48,113 nucleotides of DNA, taken from contig CAXYKQ010000069.1 of assembly GCA_964277835.1 (NCBI GenBank), forward strand, positions 1 to 48,113, in the 5' to 3' direction. This DNA comes from an uncultured Edaphocola sp. (GTDB lineage: Bacteria; Bacteroidota; Bacteroidia; Chitinophagales; Chitinophagaceae). The notes below the pieces were generated by a model, which had not been told where the DNA came from, made no database searches, and saw only the letters and a program-made list of their open reading frames with translations. Both the position numbers and the translations under genes were made by a program. Within the stretch, counting starts at the first letter, position 1. Each line of letters opens with the position of its first letter. Positions 18,107 through 28,545 of the stretch are shown here, one piece after another.

Positions 18107-20107
18107 TTACAATGTTTCTTTCAGCCAGTCAAAGAAGGCTCTTTGCCATACCAGGCCGTTCTGTACCTTCAGTACCCAGTGATTTTCATCCGGGAAATAA
18201 ACCAGGCGTGATTTAATCCCTTTCAACTGGGCCGCCTGGAACGCCTGGAGTCCTTGCCCGATCGGTACCCGGTAGTCTTTACCGCCCTGGTAAATCATAA
18301 TCGGCGTATTCCACTTATCGACATAGTTACTCGGGTTGAACTCGGTATATCCCCTGGGTGCAGGCTTCTTCCAGTAGTTGCCGCCCAGGTCCCAGTTGGC
18401 AAACCAGAGCTCTTCGGTGGTGCCGTACCAGCTTCTCATATCAAACAGGCCATTGTGTGCGATGAAGGTTTTAAAACGGTTATTATGAATGCCGGCGAGC
18501 ATATATACGCTGTAGCCGCCATAGCTGGCGCCTACAGCGCCCAGCCTGTCTTTGTCCACATAAGGTTCTTTAGCCATTTCATCAATGGCCGTCAGGTAAT
18601 CCTTCATAGGCTGTCCGCCCCAGTCGCCGCTGATATCCTCGTTCCATTTCACGCCCCAGCCCGGCATCCCGGTACGGTTGGGCGCAACGACAATATAACC
18701 GTTGGCGGCCATCAGTGCAAAGTTCCAGCGCACACTGTAGAATTGGGTCAGCGCACCCTGTGGACCACCCTGGCAGTATAAAAGGGTGGGGTATTTCTTA
18801 TTTTTATCAAAGCCCGGAGGGTACACTACCCATACACCCATGTCCTTACCCTGGCTATTCTTAAACATTTTTAATTCGGAAGTGCACATTTCCAGCTTGC
18901 TATACACCGCTTCATTAGCCCTGGTAAGTTGGGCCATAGTGCCGTTTTTCAGGTTCACCTGGTAGAGTTCCGCAGCATGGTTGAAATCGGTACGGCTCAC
19001 CAATACGCCATTTGCGGTTTGGGCATGTACGCCTGCTATATCCCATTGACCATTTGTAATTTGTTTTACGGCATTCGGTTGGTTGATGTTCAGGGAGAAC
19101 AGCTGCGTAGTGCCCCTGTAGGCAGCATTGAAAAAAATCGTTTTGCTGTCTTTGCCCCAGATAAATCCACCATCTACCGTTTCATCCCATCCTGCGGTCA
19201 GGTTGGTTTTCTTTAAGGTTTTAAGGTCTAAAATTACCAGGTCTATTTTATCTGCTTCGAAGCCGTCGCGTGCCATGCTGGTCCAGGCGATATATTTCCC
19301 GTCGGGACTGAACTCCGGATGGGTATCGTAGCCCATCATGCCCTCGGTCCAGTTGCTGGTCTTACCGCTGGCAATATCGTAAGCGTAGAGATCCGTATTG
19401 GTGCTTTGTGCATAGGCTTTGCCGGCTTTCTTTTTGCAGACGTAAAGCAGCGTTTTACTGTCATTGCTGAAAATGAAATCTTCTGTGCCGCCAAATGGCA
19501 TTTGCGGGACATAATAAGGTTCCTCTTTCAGGATGTCTTTTGTTGCGTCACTGTTCACCGAGGTAATGAACACATGGGAATAAGCACCTTCATTAAACTC
19601 ATCCCAATGGCGGTAATCCAGGTCGTTAAAAATGTAGCCGGAGCTTTGGGGCACATCATTATACTTTGCGCTGGCTTTTATTTTTTCGAGGATAACCGGC
19701 TGGCTGAAAGCAATAGTTTTACCATCTGGTGCGATACGTATATTGGTAGCGTCCTTAAGTCCCGTGTGTATTCTTTCCCAATTGACACCTTTATTTTTAG
19801 AAACAAAAAGTGCACCGTCTTTACTGGCGTAAAGCCCGTTTTTATCCCATTGTACAAAGGTTTTATTGTCCAGGATGCCGGTTGCGATACTTTCCCCGGT
19901 CGCATGGTTCAGGATAAAATCCTGGCGCTCGGTCTTTTGCGTTACCAGGTTGCTGTGTCCCACGCTGTAAAGGGATTGAGTGCCGTCCGGCAATATGCTG
20001 ACCAGGTTCACTTTTCCCAGTTGCCAAAGGGTTTCAGGAGTTAACATTTGTTTTTGTGCCATAGCTAATAAAGGAGATATTGCTAATGCTAAAAAAAGTT
20101 TTTTCAT
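18107..20107 (-). CDS. S9C family peptidase (dipeptidyl-peptidase 5-like)
   Basis: YRHWD, PD40-like propeller, CQGGPQ, GASYGGY nucleophile, DYRVP, DENHWVL. Confidence 0.92.
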   Translation of the reverse strand: MKKLFLALAISPLLAMAQKQMLTPETLWQLGKVNLVSILPDGTQSLYSVGHSNLVTQKTERQDFILNHATGESIATGILDNKTFVQWDKNGLYASKDGALFVSKNKGVNWERIHTGLKDATNIRIAPDGKTIAFSQPVILEKIKASAKYNDVPQSSGYIFNDLDYRHWDEFNEGAYSHVFITSVNSDATKDILKEEPYYVPQMPFGGTEDFIFSNDSKTLLYVCKKKAGKAYAQSTNTDLYAYDIASGKTSNWTEGMMGYDTHPEFSPDGKYIAWTSMARDGFEADKIDLVILDLKTLKKTNLTAGWDETVDGGFIWGKDSKTIFFNAAYRGTTQLFSLNINQPNAVKQITNGQWDIAGVHAQTANGVLVSRTDFNHAAELYQVNLKNGTMAQLTRANEAVYSKLEMCTSELKMFKNSQGKDMGVWVVYPPGFDKNKKYPTLLYCQGGPQGALTQFYSVRWNFALMAANGYIVVAPNRTGMPGWGVKWNEDISGDWGGQPMKDYLTAIDEMAKEPYVDKDRLGAVGASYGGYSVYMLAGIHNNRFKTFIAHNGLFDMRSWYGTTEELWFANWDLGGNYWKKPAPRGYTEFNPSNYVDKWNTPIMIYQGGKDYRVPIGQGLQAFQAAQLKGIKSRLVYFPDENHWVLKVQNGLVWQRAFFDWLKETL

Positions 20108-20254
20108 TCGAAAATCCGTTTAAGAATGTTGTAGTGCCTACTTTGTGTAAGGCAGCAAAGACTAAGGCGCAAAATAAGGTAATTTCCGGTGGATTGTATC
20201 ATTATCGCTCGAGGCCCGGCAATCCATCGTTCCTGCTCATTTATGCAGGATGGG

Positions 20255-20262
20255 TAACTTTG
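20255..20262 (+). promoter_or_regulatory. -7 promoter element for nadA
   Basis: TAACTTTG matches TAnnTTTG. Confidence 0.55.
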
Positions 20263-20327
20263 CGCTCATTTAACATATCCGCTTTAATTATTTGAAGCGC
20301 ATTGTCATTATAAAGTCATAATTTAGT

Positions 20328-21368
20328 ATGCTAAAACAAACACAGCAATCGATGAATGAAATGATGAATATGGACGCTTTGGTGGCCGCCGTGCCGGAAA
20401 AGGGTTTTTTGGATGCCCCGATAGATCCGCGCTTAGATTTGGTAGCAGAAATCAAACGTTTAAAAGAAGAAAAAAAGGCCGTCTTATTAGCACATTATTA
20501 CCAGGAATCCGAGATACAGGATATAGCGGATTATATAGGCGATAGCCTGGGGCTGGCGGAGGCCGCGGCGAAGACCGATGCCGAAATTATTGTTTTTGCC
20601 GGCGTGCATTTTATGGCAGAGACCGCTAAAATATTAAATCCCAATAAGAAAGTACTATTGCCCGATCTGAATGCCGGCTGTTCTCTGAGTGACAGTTGCC
20701 CGCCCGATGTCTTTGCCGCGTTTAAACAGCAGCACCCGGATCATATCGTTATTACTTATATTAACTGTAGTGCCGGTATGAAGGCCTTAAGCGATATTAT
20801 CTGCACCTCTTCCAACGCACAGCAGATTGTGGAAAGCCTGCCGGAAGATCAAAAAATTATTTTTGCGCCGGATAAAAATCTGGGCGGTTACATCAACAGG
20901 GTAAGTGGCCGGAATATGCTGCTTTGGAATGGTGCGTGTATGGTACACGAAATATTTTCCCTCGAAAAAATTACCCGCCTTAAAGAGCAACACCCCGAGG
21001 CCAGGCTGATTGCCCACCCGGAATGTGAGGAACCTTTGCTGAAGATCTCCGATTTTATAGGTTCTACCAGTCAGCTGTTAAAATATGTCACTACCGATGC
21101 TGCAGATACGTTTATTGTGGCAACAGAAGCGGGTATATTACACCAGATGCAAAAAGCGGCGCCGAATAAAACACTCATCGCGGCGCCGCCGGAAAATAAC
21201 TGTGCCTGCAATGACTGCCCTTATATGAAATTAAATACTTTAGAAAAACTGTATCTATGCCTGAAGTATGAAACACCTGAGATCAATATGGAAGAATCTT
21301 TGCGGCTTGCTGCTAAAAAGCCAATAGATAAAATGTTGGAATTAAGTAAGCAATTTGGGTTAATTTAA
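20328..21368 (+). CDS. nadA: Quinolinate synthase A (true start may be one of the downstream ATGs)
   Basis: [46 protein letters not shown] (Fe-S cysteines). Confidence 0.97.
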   Translation: MLKQTQQSMNEMMNMDALVAAVPEKGFLDAPIDPRLDLVAEIKRLKEEKKAVLLAHYYQESEIQDIADYIGDSLGLAEAAAKTDAEIIVFAGVHFMAETAKILNPNKKVLLPDLNAGCSLSDSCPPDVFAAFKQQHPDHIVITYINCSAGMKALSDIICTSSNAQQIVESLPEDQKIIFAPDKNLGGYINRVSGRNMLLWNGACMVHEIFSLEKITRLKEQHPEARLIAHPECEEPLLKISDFIGSTSQLLKYVTTDAADTFIVATEAGILHQMQKAAPNKTLIAAPPENNCACNDCPYMKLNTLEKLYLCLKYETPEINMEESLRLAAKKPIDKMLELSKQFGLI

Positions 21369-21409
21369 TCGCTTTTTCAAAATTAATACTATTATAAAGC
21401 CCAATTTAC

Positions 21410-21440
21410 AAGTGATGAATATTAATTCGTCACTTTTTTT
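21410..21440 (+). terminator. nadA terminator
   Basis: AAGTGATGAAT / ATTCGTCACTT stem plus T-run. Confidence 0.7.
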
Positions 21441-21544
21441 ATTTACGCTCAGATATTGTGTTTTTAAATAACTTTAACTACCTTTAAGCAATTTTTGTGT
21501 AAAAACAAAGATTGGCCCTTTATCATCCTATTAATAGTAAAACC

Positions 21545-24040
21545 ATGCAAAAAGTTCTTTTGAAAATTAGAAAGTTGGGGCTTGCGCTTACGGCATTGCT
21601 GTTGAGCATACCCTCCTTTGCGCAGTTAACGATTGTCGATAATGTAACTGCGGCCCAGCTGGTGGATAAGCTGGTAGGTACCGGCGTTACTACGCTGAAC
21701 CCCACTTTAACCTGTAATAATAATGCTTTTGGCACTTTTGCAGGCACTTCTAACCTGGGTATCGACAGTGGTATTGTATTGACAACCGGCGCTGCAAGGA
21801 CCAACGGGGGCAATATCGGGGTAAACTCACCGGCTAATATGGGTATGTCCAATCCCGCTTATTCCATAGCCTGGGGAGCGGGAGATACGGACCTGAGTAC
21901 AATGCTGGCAGGTTCGACCACAACCAGTACCAACAATGCCTGCGTGCTCCAGTTCCAGTTTGTCCCGGCAGGAGATACCGTAAAATTTGATTATGTTTTC
22001 GGTTCCGAAGAATACCCGGAATTTGCCTGTACGCAATGGAATGATGTTTTTGGCTTCCTGATCAGCGGGCCGGGTATCGTGTCCAATATCCCGGGGCTAC
22101 CGACAAAACGTAATATCGCTTTAGTGCCGGGTACTACCAATATCCCGGTGGCCATCAACTCTATTAATTCAGGAGTCGGCGGGGGTAGTGTTACTACATG
22201 TAGTAACCAGTATGCCGGAGCGCCCTTCACCCAGTATTATGTAGATAATGCTACCGGAACTACTGTAGTATTTGACGGGTTCACTACCGTTCTTACAGCC
22301 GTTCAGAGTGTTATTCCCTGTGATACCTATACGCTTAAATTAGCGGTTGCCGATGTGGGAGACGGTAGTTTTAATTCCGGGGTATTCATTAAAGCCGGGA
22401 GCTTGAACTCTATCGGGCTGGTCGCCGGCGCCCAGGGTATGAATGTTACCGCCAGCGATACCGCATTTATTGTCAGGGGTTGCCCTGCTGCCCAGGTGAC
22501 CATTGAGCGCCAGACGGCCTCACCTACACCACTTGTAGTGCCTTACGTTTTGGATGGCACGGCAATAAACGGGGTAGATTATCAATTCTTATCCGGTACG
22601 GTTACGATTCCTGCAGATTCCACGATCGGCAGGATATCGGTAAAAGGCTTACCGTTGACGACTACAGGCGCCAATAAAATCGCGATTATTAAATTTCTTT
22701 CTCCATACAGTTGTGGTCCTAACGCGGTCGTTATAGATTCGGCGATCGTATCGATCCAGGATTCTATCCTGCTGACTTCCAGTATTGCAGATACATCCAT
22801 TTGTTTCGGGGTGCAGCTGGATGTCAATTTCGTTACCGATGAGATTTTCGGCCCTTTAAACTTTGAATGGGTGCCTAATACCGGCGTAAGCAATGCGCAG
22901 ATAGATTATGCCAGCCTTTCTTTCCCTGTTGCCGGTGATTACGAATACCAGTATAAGGTGAGAATACCCAGCCAGGATACGAATTGCCGGGCATCTACCG
23001 CAACTTTATTGATCAATGTCCAGGATATAAAGGTGAATATTGGTAATGACACGGCTATTTGTTCTTATGATCAGCTGCAAATGTTCGCAGAAGCATTTCC
23101 ACAGGATACAGGCGGTTCCTATCAATACACATGGTTGCCTGCCGACAGGTTCAATAACGCTTCGCTGGTAGCTCCGGTTATTTTAGCGGGGGGAAGTTCT
23201 ACAGATATCGTGGCCATTCTCCGGACGGATATAGGCTGTATAGGGCGGGATACCATGACCTTGACGGTTAATCCCGGAGAATTTGTGAGTGTAGCTCCTT
23301 CAGATACGGCTATCTGTCCTGGAGGGGAAGTTGTGCCGGTGATCAGCAGTACACTGGAAGGTACTCCTCTATTGCCGGATTACGAATACTACTGGACACC
23401 GGAAATTGCGCTCAACGGGGGTAACCCGACTGCGCCGAACCAACGGTTCAGCCCGGCTTCTAATACCCTTTACCGTTTAGTGGTTAAAAATCAGTTCGGC
23501 TGTTTTGACACCAGTTTTGTAGACGTAACTGTTCATCCGAACGCGGTAGTTAATGTACCCGATTCTGTAGTGATGTGGCTGGGGGAAAGTTATCAGTTAA
23601 CCCCAACGACAAATGCGGTAAGGTTCAGCTGGTTCCCGGTATCCGGGATCAGTAACCCGTCGATCGCCAATCCCGTATTCGCGCCGGAAGTAAATACCCG
23701 CTATTTTTATACCGCAACTACCGATTATGGTTGTTCGGTGAGCGATTCCATGGATGTGTTAGTGCGCCAGGAAGGAGTGATCGATATGCCCAATGCATTT
23801 AATCCCAATAACGCGACCTTCAGACCTGTATTCAGAGGTAATTTCAGCCTGGAGGCTTTTGAAGTGTACGATCGCTGGGGGGGCATGGTATATAGTTCGA
23901 ACAACATCAACAATGGCTGGGACGGTACCATTAAAGGAAATGCAGCGCCATTGGGAGTATATGTATACACCATCAAACTTATAAATAACACTACAGGTTC
24001 CAGATCTCAGAAATCAGGTAATGTTACCCTTTTGAGATAG
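21545..24040 (+). CDS. Choice-of-anchor L-like T9SS cargo with type B CTD
   Basis: FDYVFGSEEYPE, NDVFGFLISGPGI, NIALVPGT and LKLAVADVGD motifs; C-terminal MPNAFNP...VYDRWG...GWDG...SGNVTLLR. Start moved to ATG 21545 on the signal peptide. Confidence 0.88.
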   Translation: MQKVLLKIRKLGLALTALLLSIPSFAQLTIVDNVTAAQLVDKLVGTGVTTLNPTLTCNNNAFGTFAGTSNLGIDSGIVLTTGAARTNGGNIGVNSPANMGMSNPAYSIAWGAGDTDLSTMLAGSTTTSTNNACVLQFQFVPAGDTVKFDYVFGSEEYPEFACTQWNDVFGFLISGPGIVSNIPGLPTKRNIALVPGTTNIPVAINSINSGVGGGSVTTCSNQYAGAPFTQYYVDNATGTTVVFDGFTTVLTAVQSVIPCDTYTLKLAVADVGDGSFNSGVFIKAGSLNSIGLVAGAQGMNVTASDTAFIVRGCPAAQVTIERQTASPTPLVVPYVLDGTAINGVDYQFLSGTVTIPADSTIGRISVKGLPLTTTGANKIAIIKFLSPYSCGPNAVVIDSAIVSIQDSILLTSSIADTSICFGVQLDVNFVTDEIFGPLNFEWVPNTGVSNAQIDYASLSFPVAGDYEYQYKVRIPSQDTNCRASTATLLINVQDIKVNIGNDTAICSYDQLQMFAEAFPQDTGGSYQYTWLPADRFNNASLVAPVILAGGSSTDIVAILRTDIGCIGRDTMTLTVNPGEFVSVAPSDTAICPGGEVVPVISSTLEGTPLLPDYEYYWTPEIALNGGNPTAPNQRFSPASNTLYRLVVKNQFGCFDTSFVDVTVHPNAVVNVPDSVVMWLGESYQLTPTTNAVRFSWFPVSGISNPSIANPVFAPEVNTRYFYTATTDYGCSVSDSMDVLVRQEGVIDMPNAFNPNNATFRPVFRGNFSLEAFEVYDRWGGMVYSSNNINNGWDGTIKGNAAPLGVYVYTIKLINNTTGSRSQKSGNVTLLR

Positions 24041-24189
24041 AAAAAACAGAACTTTTGGATTTATTTAAAAAAAGTTAAAAAAAAACAAGGAAAATCAAAA
24101 AATTTTTAAGACTTTTAATGGCTCAAAGAGTTTGACCATAATTTGAATCATTAAATTATTTGTTAACAAAATAATATTTGGATAAAAAT

Positions 24190-25245
24190 ATGAAGTGTAG
24201 AAAAACTATCGCCAGTGCATTCCTGATCGCCAGTTCGGTGTTGAGCGGTATCGATGCTAAAGCACAGGATGTTCACTTTACACAATTCAATGCGACTCCT
24301 ATGATTATCAATCCTGCATTTACAGGAGCGTTTCAGGGCGAGTACAGAGTTTCTGCCATATATCGTGATCAGTGGCGTTCCGCTTTAGGACCGAATGCCT
24401 TTAAAACATACGCTGTTTCTTTTGATATGCCGGTAATCAGGGATATTTCCATTGATGACTACCTGGCTGTAGGCGGCCAGCTCTACAATGACAGAGCGGG
24501 TGACGGAAATCTGAATAATTTTTCTGCATTGGCTTCTGTAGCTTATCATAAATTTTTTGGAGAGAGCGGTAAAGCTGCCTTGACGGTAGGTTTACAAGGC
24601 GGCTATTCCAGTAAGAATGTTGACTTAAGCCGTTTGTTCTTTGCGGGAGATTTCCGGGAAGGACAGTTTGTGCAGGGGCTTGATCAAAACTATGCCAATC
24701 TGAACAATAAAGTTGACGCCTGGTTGGTCAATGCCGGCCTTGCGTTCTCACATGCCCCTTCAGAAAAATTCTCTTATGTAGTAGGAGCGGGTGCCAATAA
24801 CCTGACCCAACCTATGGAATCTATGATGAAGCGTGCAGAGACAAGAGATGTAGGTTTAGGCATCAGGTATACTGCCCAGGTCGGTGCGATCATCGGTGTG
24901 GGAGAGCGTATGAGCCTTCGCCCGGCTTTCTTGTTCCAGACACAATCTGCAGCTCGGGAAATTGTCGGTGGCACCGAATTGCATTATAAATTAGGAGATG
25001 ACTATACCGTCCCTACGGCGCCTGCAGTTTTCCTTGGCGGTTGGTATCGTCACCAGGATGCAGCAATGATCACCGCAGGTTTGGAGTTTAATGGTTTCCG
25101 CGTAGGTGTGGGCTACGATTTCAATACCTCAGGTCTAAGACAAGGTACTAACGGTTATGGTGGTTATGAATTGATGTTCAGATATACTGCACCAAGCCCT
25201 ATAGATTTTGCGAGGAAATTATTATATCCTTGTGCAAGATTCTAA
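24190..25245 (+). CDS. PorP/SprF family T9SS outer-membrane barrel
   Basis: AQDVHFTQF, INPAFTG, YRDQW, DRAG, GYD and YELMFRY; directly downstream of a type B CTD gene. Confidence 0.92.
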   Translation: MKCRKTIASAFLIASSVLSGIDAKAQDVHFTQFNATPMIINPAFTGAFQGEYRVSAIYRDQWRSALGPNAFKTYAVSFDMPVIRDISIDDYLAVGGQLYNDRAGDGNLNNFSALASVAYHKFFGESGKAALTVGLQGGYSSKNVDLSRLFFAGDFREGQFVQGLDQNYANLNNKVDAWLVNAGLAFSHAPSEKFSYVVGAGANNLTQPMESMMKRAETRDVGLGIRYTAQVGAIIGVGERMSLRPAFLFQTQSAAREIVGGTELHYKLGDDYTVPTAPAVFLGGWYRHQDAAMITAGLEFNGFRVGVGYDFNTSGLRQGTNGYGGYELMFRYTAPSPIDFARKLLYPCARF

Positions 25246-25346
25246 AGCATTTTAAGTAAAATGATTTTTTGAAAGGCGCCTTTTAACGCGTATTAATTCA
25301 AGGGATTTCAAAAACACAAACATTACATTTCAACGTTGCATAAAAT

Positions 25347-27551
25347 ATGAAACGCAAACCAATACTATTTTTATTAGCAGCCACACTGGCCTTTACCAGT
25401 GTTCAGACCAATGACGTTTTAGCACAAAGTCGGGAAAAAGACAAATACGGAAAACGAGCAGATGACCCTGTTGCGAAATTAGGTTATCAGAAAAAATTGC
25501 GTTGGGCAGATGGATTGTTTAAAGAAGGGAGCTTTTCAAATGCTGAAGAGTATTATATTCAATTGCTTAATGAACAACCACGTAATCCTTATTTGAAATA
25601 TCAGATCGCGGAAGCTCGTTGGTACCTGAGAGATTATGGTCCTGCGGCCGTAAGCTATGGCGAAGCTTATGATATAGCAAAGGCAGTCTATCCTGAAGCT
25701 AAGTACAAGCAGGCGTTGATGTTGAAAATGAATGGTGATTATGAAGCGGCAATTGCGGCCTTCGAAGAATTTAAAAAAGATAATCCCAAGCCTACCAAAG
25801 AGCTGAAACCCCTGGTGAAGCAAAGTGATCTCGAAATTAAAGGTTGTCGCCTGGGTATGAGATCTATTGCCAATCCTGAAGCGGTAAGCATTGGCAAATT
25901 GGGTACGAATATCAACTCTGTCAACACAGAATTGTCTCCGTTCCCTTTGGGCGATAGTGCTTTATTGTTTGCGACGATGCACTACGACAAACAAGCGGAT
26001 AAAATTGAGAACAAAAAGTCTGAATATGTGTCTCGTTTTGTCGTTTCCAGTAAAGATAAATTTAACGAGAGAGATACTTTCCAATGGGCATTGCCATTTA
26101 TGGACGGGAAATTCAACGACTCCAGGTTCCACGTAGGTAATGGTTACCTTTCCGAAGGTGGCGATCGCTTTTTCTTCTCAAAATGCCTGGATAAGAAAGG
26201 AGATACAGCACGCCTGTGTCGCATTTTTGTCTCTGAATTCAAAGACGACCGTTGGGGCAATCCCGAGGAGATGGGCTTTGGTATCAATGAGCGCAACTCT
26301 TCCAGTACGCACCCTTGTATCGTTAAAATCGGGAAAAAAGAAATCTTGTTCTTCTCTTCCAACAGGAAACTGCAAAGTCGCGGTGGATTTGATATCTGGT
26401 ACTCCGTTTACGATCCGCGTCTTAAAACGTACCGCCGTCCGCAAAACGTAGGGAAGCAGATTAATACAAAAGGCAACGAGGTGACACCTTATTTTGACAA
26501 CAGGACCAATAAATTGTACTTCTCATCAGATGGATGGGAAACAATGGGCGGTTTAGACGTTTTTGAAGCTACAATGGCAGGCAATAGCCCTTCCCGTTAT
26601 ACTTCCGTAAAAAACATGGGGTACCCGATCAATACTTCAGCGGATGATATGTATTTCATCCTGGATACTTATGGCAAACCGGATGGTTACGTGGTATCTA
26701 ACCGTGTCGGTTCTGTAGCCTTGAAAAATCCTACTTGTTGTGATGATATCTTCAGGGTACAGTTTGAACCTAAATTAAAAGTGATCGGTAAAGTTATTGA
26801 TGCCAAGACTCAGGAACTGGTGAAAGAAGTAGTGGTTAAAATGACCGATGAGAACGGTACGGTAGTACCATTCAACTCTACCGACGGTAAATTTGAGTTC
26901 AACACACCAAGAGGACATGCTTATTCCTTCGTTGCCGATAAAAAGAAATACTCTTCTTCTTCAGCAACTGTAAATACAGAGGGCGTGAAAAGAGAAGATA
27001 AGGACAACACGGTAGAGATCGAGTTGTATGTTAATCTTCTGGATAACGCGACTTTCCGTATCGACAATGTGTTCTACGATTTTAACGAGGCAACTTTACG
27101 CCCGGAATCCTTAACTGACCTGGAGAAATTAGCTACCTTATTAAGAAATAACCCTTCTTTACGCGTGGAGATCTTCTCCTACACCGATGGTAAAGGAACG
27201 CCGGACTACAATGAACCTTTGTCTGTAGCGAGAGCTGAGTCTGTATTGAACTACCTGGTGAATAATGGCGGCGTTAACAGATCCCGTTTATCCATTCACG
27301 GTATGGGTGACAAAAACAAAGTGGCCCAGGAAAAAATTAATAATAAAGACAACGCAGCCGGTCGCCAACTGAACCGTCGTACTGAATTTAAAATTTACGA
27401 TGAAGAAGACAAACGCATGATTTTTGATTCTGCAAAACCGGGAACGATCGGTAGCCAGGAGAAAAACCTGCAGGTCGATACAGAAAATGTATCGGACGAA
27501 GTGGAAGAAGATTCCAACATGTCTAAACCAGGTACCCGCGTAAACAGATAG
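25347..27551 (+). CDS. PorE-like protein (TPR + PD40 propeller + OmpA-C peptidoglycan-binding domain)
   Basis: N-terminal TPR; FFSSNR..GGFDIW, YFSSDG..MGGLDVF, NMGYPINT; C-terminal FYDFN..YTD..YN..LSVARA..NRRTEF. Confidence 0.88.
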   Translation: MKRKPILFLLAATLAFTSVQTNDVLAQSREKDKYGKRADDPVAKLGYQKKLRWADGLFKEGSFSNAEEYYIQLLNEQPRNPYLKYQIAEARWYLRDYGPAAVSYGEAYDIAKAVYPEAKYKQALMLKMNGDYEAAIAAFEEFKKDNPKPTKELKPLVKQSDLEIKGCRLGMRSIANPEAVSIGKLGTNINSVNTELSPFPLGDSALLFATMHYDKQADKIENKKSEYVSRFVVSSKDKFNERDTFQWALPFMDGKFNDSRFHVGNGYLSEGGDRFFFSKCLDKKGDTARLCRIFVSEFKDDRWGNPEEMGFGINERNSSSTHPCIVKIGKKEILFFSSNRKLQSRGGFDIWYSVYDPRLKTYRRPQNVGKQINTKGNEVTPYFDNRTNKLYFSSDGWETMGGLDVFEATMAGNSPSRYTSVKNMGYPINTSADDMYFILDTYGKPDGYVVSNRVGSVALKNPTCCDDIFRVQFEPKLKVIGKVIDAKTQELVKEVVVKMTDENGTVVPFNSTDGKFEFNTPRGHAYSFVADKKKYSSSSATVNTEGVKREDKDNTVEIELYVNLLDNATFRIDNVFYDFNEATLRPESLTDLEKLATLLRNNPSLRVEIFSYTDGKGTPDYNEPLSVARAESVLNYLVNNGGVNRSRLSIHGMGDKNKVAQEKINNKDNAAGRQLNRRTEFKIYDEEDKRMIFDSAKPGTIGSQEKNLQVDTENVSDEVEEDSNMSKPGTRVNR

Positions 27552-27572
27552 TAAATTGAATTGATTTTTTAT

Positions 27573-27607
27573 AAAGGTTTGCCCTAATTTTGGCAAACCT
27601 TTTTTTT
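27573..27607 (+). terminator. Terminator of the cargo-porP-porE operon; overlaps a TAATTTTG promoter-like element
   Basis: AAAGGTTTGCC / GGCAAACCTTT stem plus T-run. Confidence 0.75.
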
Positions 27608-27623
27608 GGCTAAACCATTAAGG

Positions 27624-28460
27624 ATGAATTATACAAAGATAAATATTCAGGCTACAGAAGTTGCCGACCGGGAATTGTGGCTGGGCATATTGAGCCAGCA
27701 GGATGCGATCATCGGGCTGGAAGAACTGGACCGCGAAGGTATTGTTGCTTACACGACCGATTGGGATAGTATTCGGGAAGAAATAGAACAATGGAGCCGG
27801 CAAACCAATGTGCCATTTGTATTAAGTGAGGAGGCAGAGCAAAACTGGAATGCCACCTGGGAGGCTAACTTTGAACCGGTCGTGATAGAAGGCTTCTGTA
27901 GCGTACGGGCTGATTTTCATGCACCCATTGCCGGCGTACAATATGATATCCGCATCACTCCCAAAATGTCTTTCGGCACCGGCCATCACGCCACTACCAG
28001 GCTGATGATGACACAGATGAAAGACCTGGATTTTAAGCATAAGTCGGTATTCGATTACGGTTCCGGCACCGGTATATTAGCGATACTGGCAGAAATGCTG
28101 GGGGCTACGCAGGTAGACGCGGTAGATATCGATGAGTGGTCTTATGAAAACGGGCTGGAGAATGTAACAACGAACCAATGTAAACACGTCACCGTAGCCA
28201 AGGGAGATATCAACTGGGTACCGCGGGGTAAAAAATATGACATTATTCTGGCCAATATCAACCGGCACATTTTGCTGGAATCTATGGCACAGTTAAATAA
28301 CTTATTACCTGCAGACGGACAACTGCTGTTAAGCGGTATACTGAAGCTCCAGGACACCAATATTATCGTGGAAAAAGCAAAGTCCTGTGGCTTTGAAATG
28401 CTTCGCCAGACGGAAGATAATGGCTGGACCTCGATCCTTTTTAAGAAGGTTAGTGAGTAA
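27624..28460 (+). CDS. prmA: Ribosomal protein L11 methyltransferase
   Basis: NWNATWE, ITPKMSFGTGHHATT, DYGSGTGILAI, ANINRH. Start at ATG 27624. Confidence 0.95.
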   Translation: MNYTKINIQATEVADRELWLGILSQQDAIIGLEELDREGIVAYTTDWDSIREEIEQWSRQTNVPFVLSEEAEQNWNATWEANFEPVVIEGFCSVRADFHAPIAGVQYDIRITPKMSFGTGHHATTRLMMTQMKDLDFKHKSVFDYGSGTGILAILAEMLGATQVDAVDIDEWSYENGLENVTTNQCKHVTVAKGDINWVPRGKKYDIILANINRHILLESMAQLNNLLPADGQLLLSGILKLQDTNIIVEKAKSCGFEMLRQTEDNGWTSILFKKVSE

Positions 28461-28491
28461 ACTACGGTACGTTTCTGCTTTTTACAGAAGT

Positions 28492-28524
28492 ACAAAAGGA
28501 AGCCATACAATGACTTCCTTTTGT
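28492..28524. terminator. Hairpin between convergent prmA and the small basic gene
   Basis: ACAAAAGGAAG-CAT / ATG-CTTCCTTTTGT near-perfect stem. Confidence 0.6.
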
Positions 28525-28545
28525 GTTTCTACAACCCGTCGGGGT

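Noticed and set aside
20187-20327. NAD riboswitch or attenuator before nadA
   Set aside because: The hairpins at about 20187-20252 lie upstream of the predicted -7 element, so they would not be in the leader; I recognise no aptamer or terminator.
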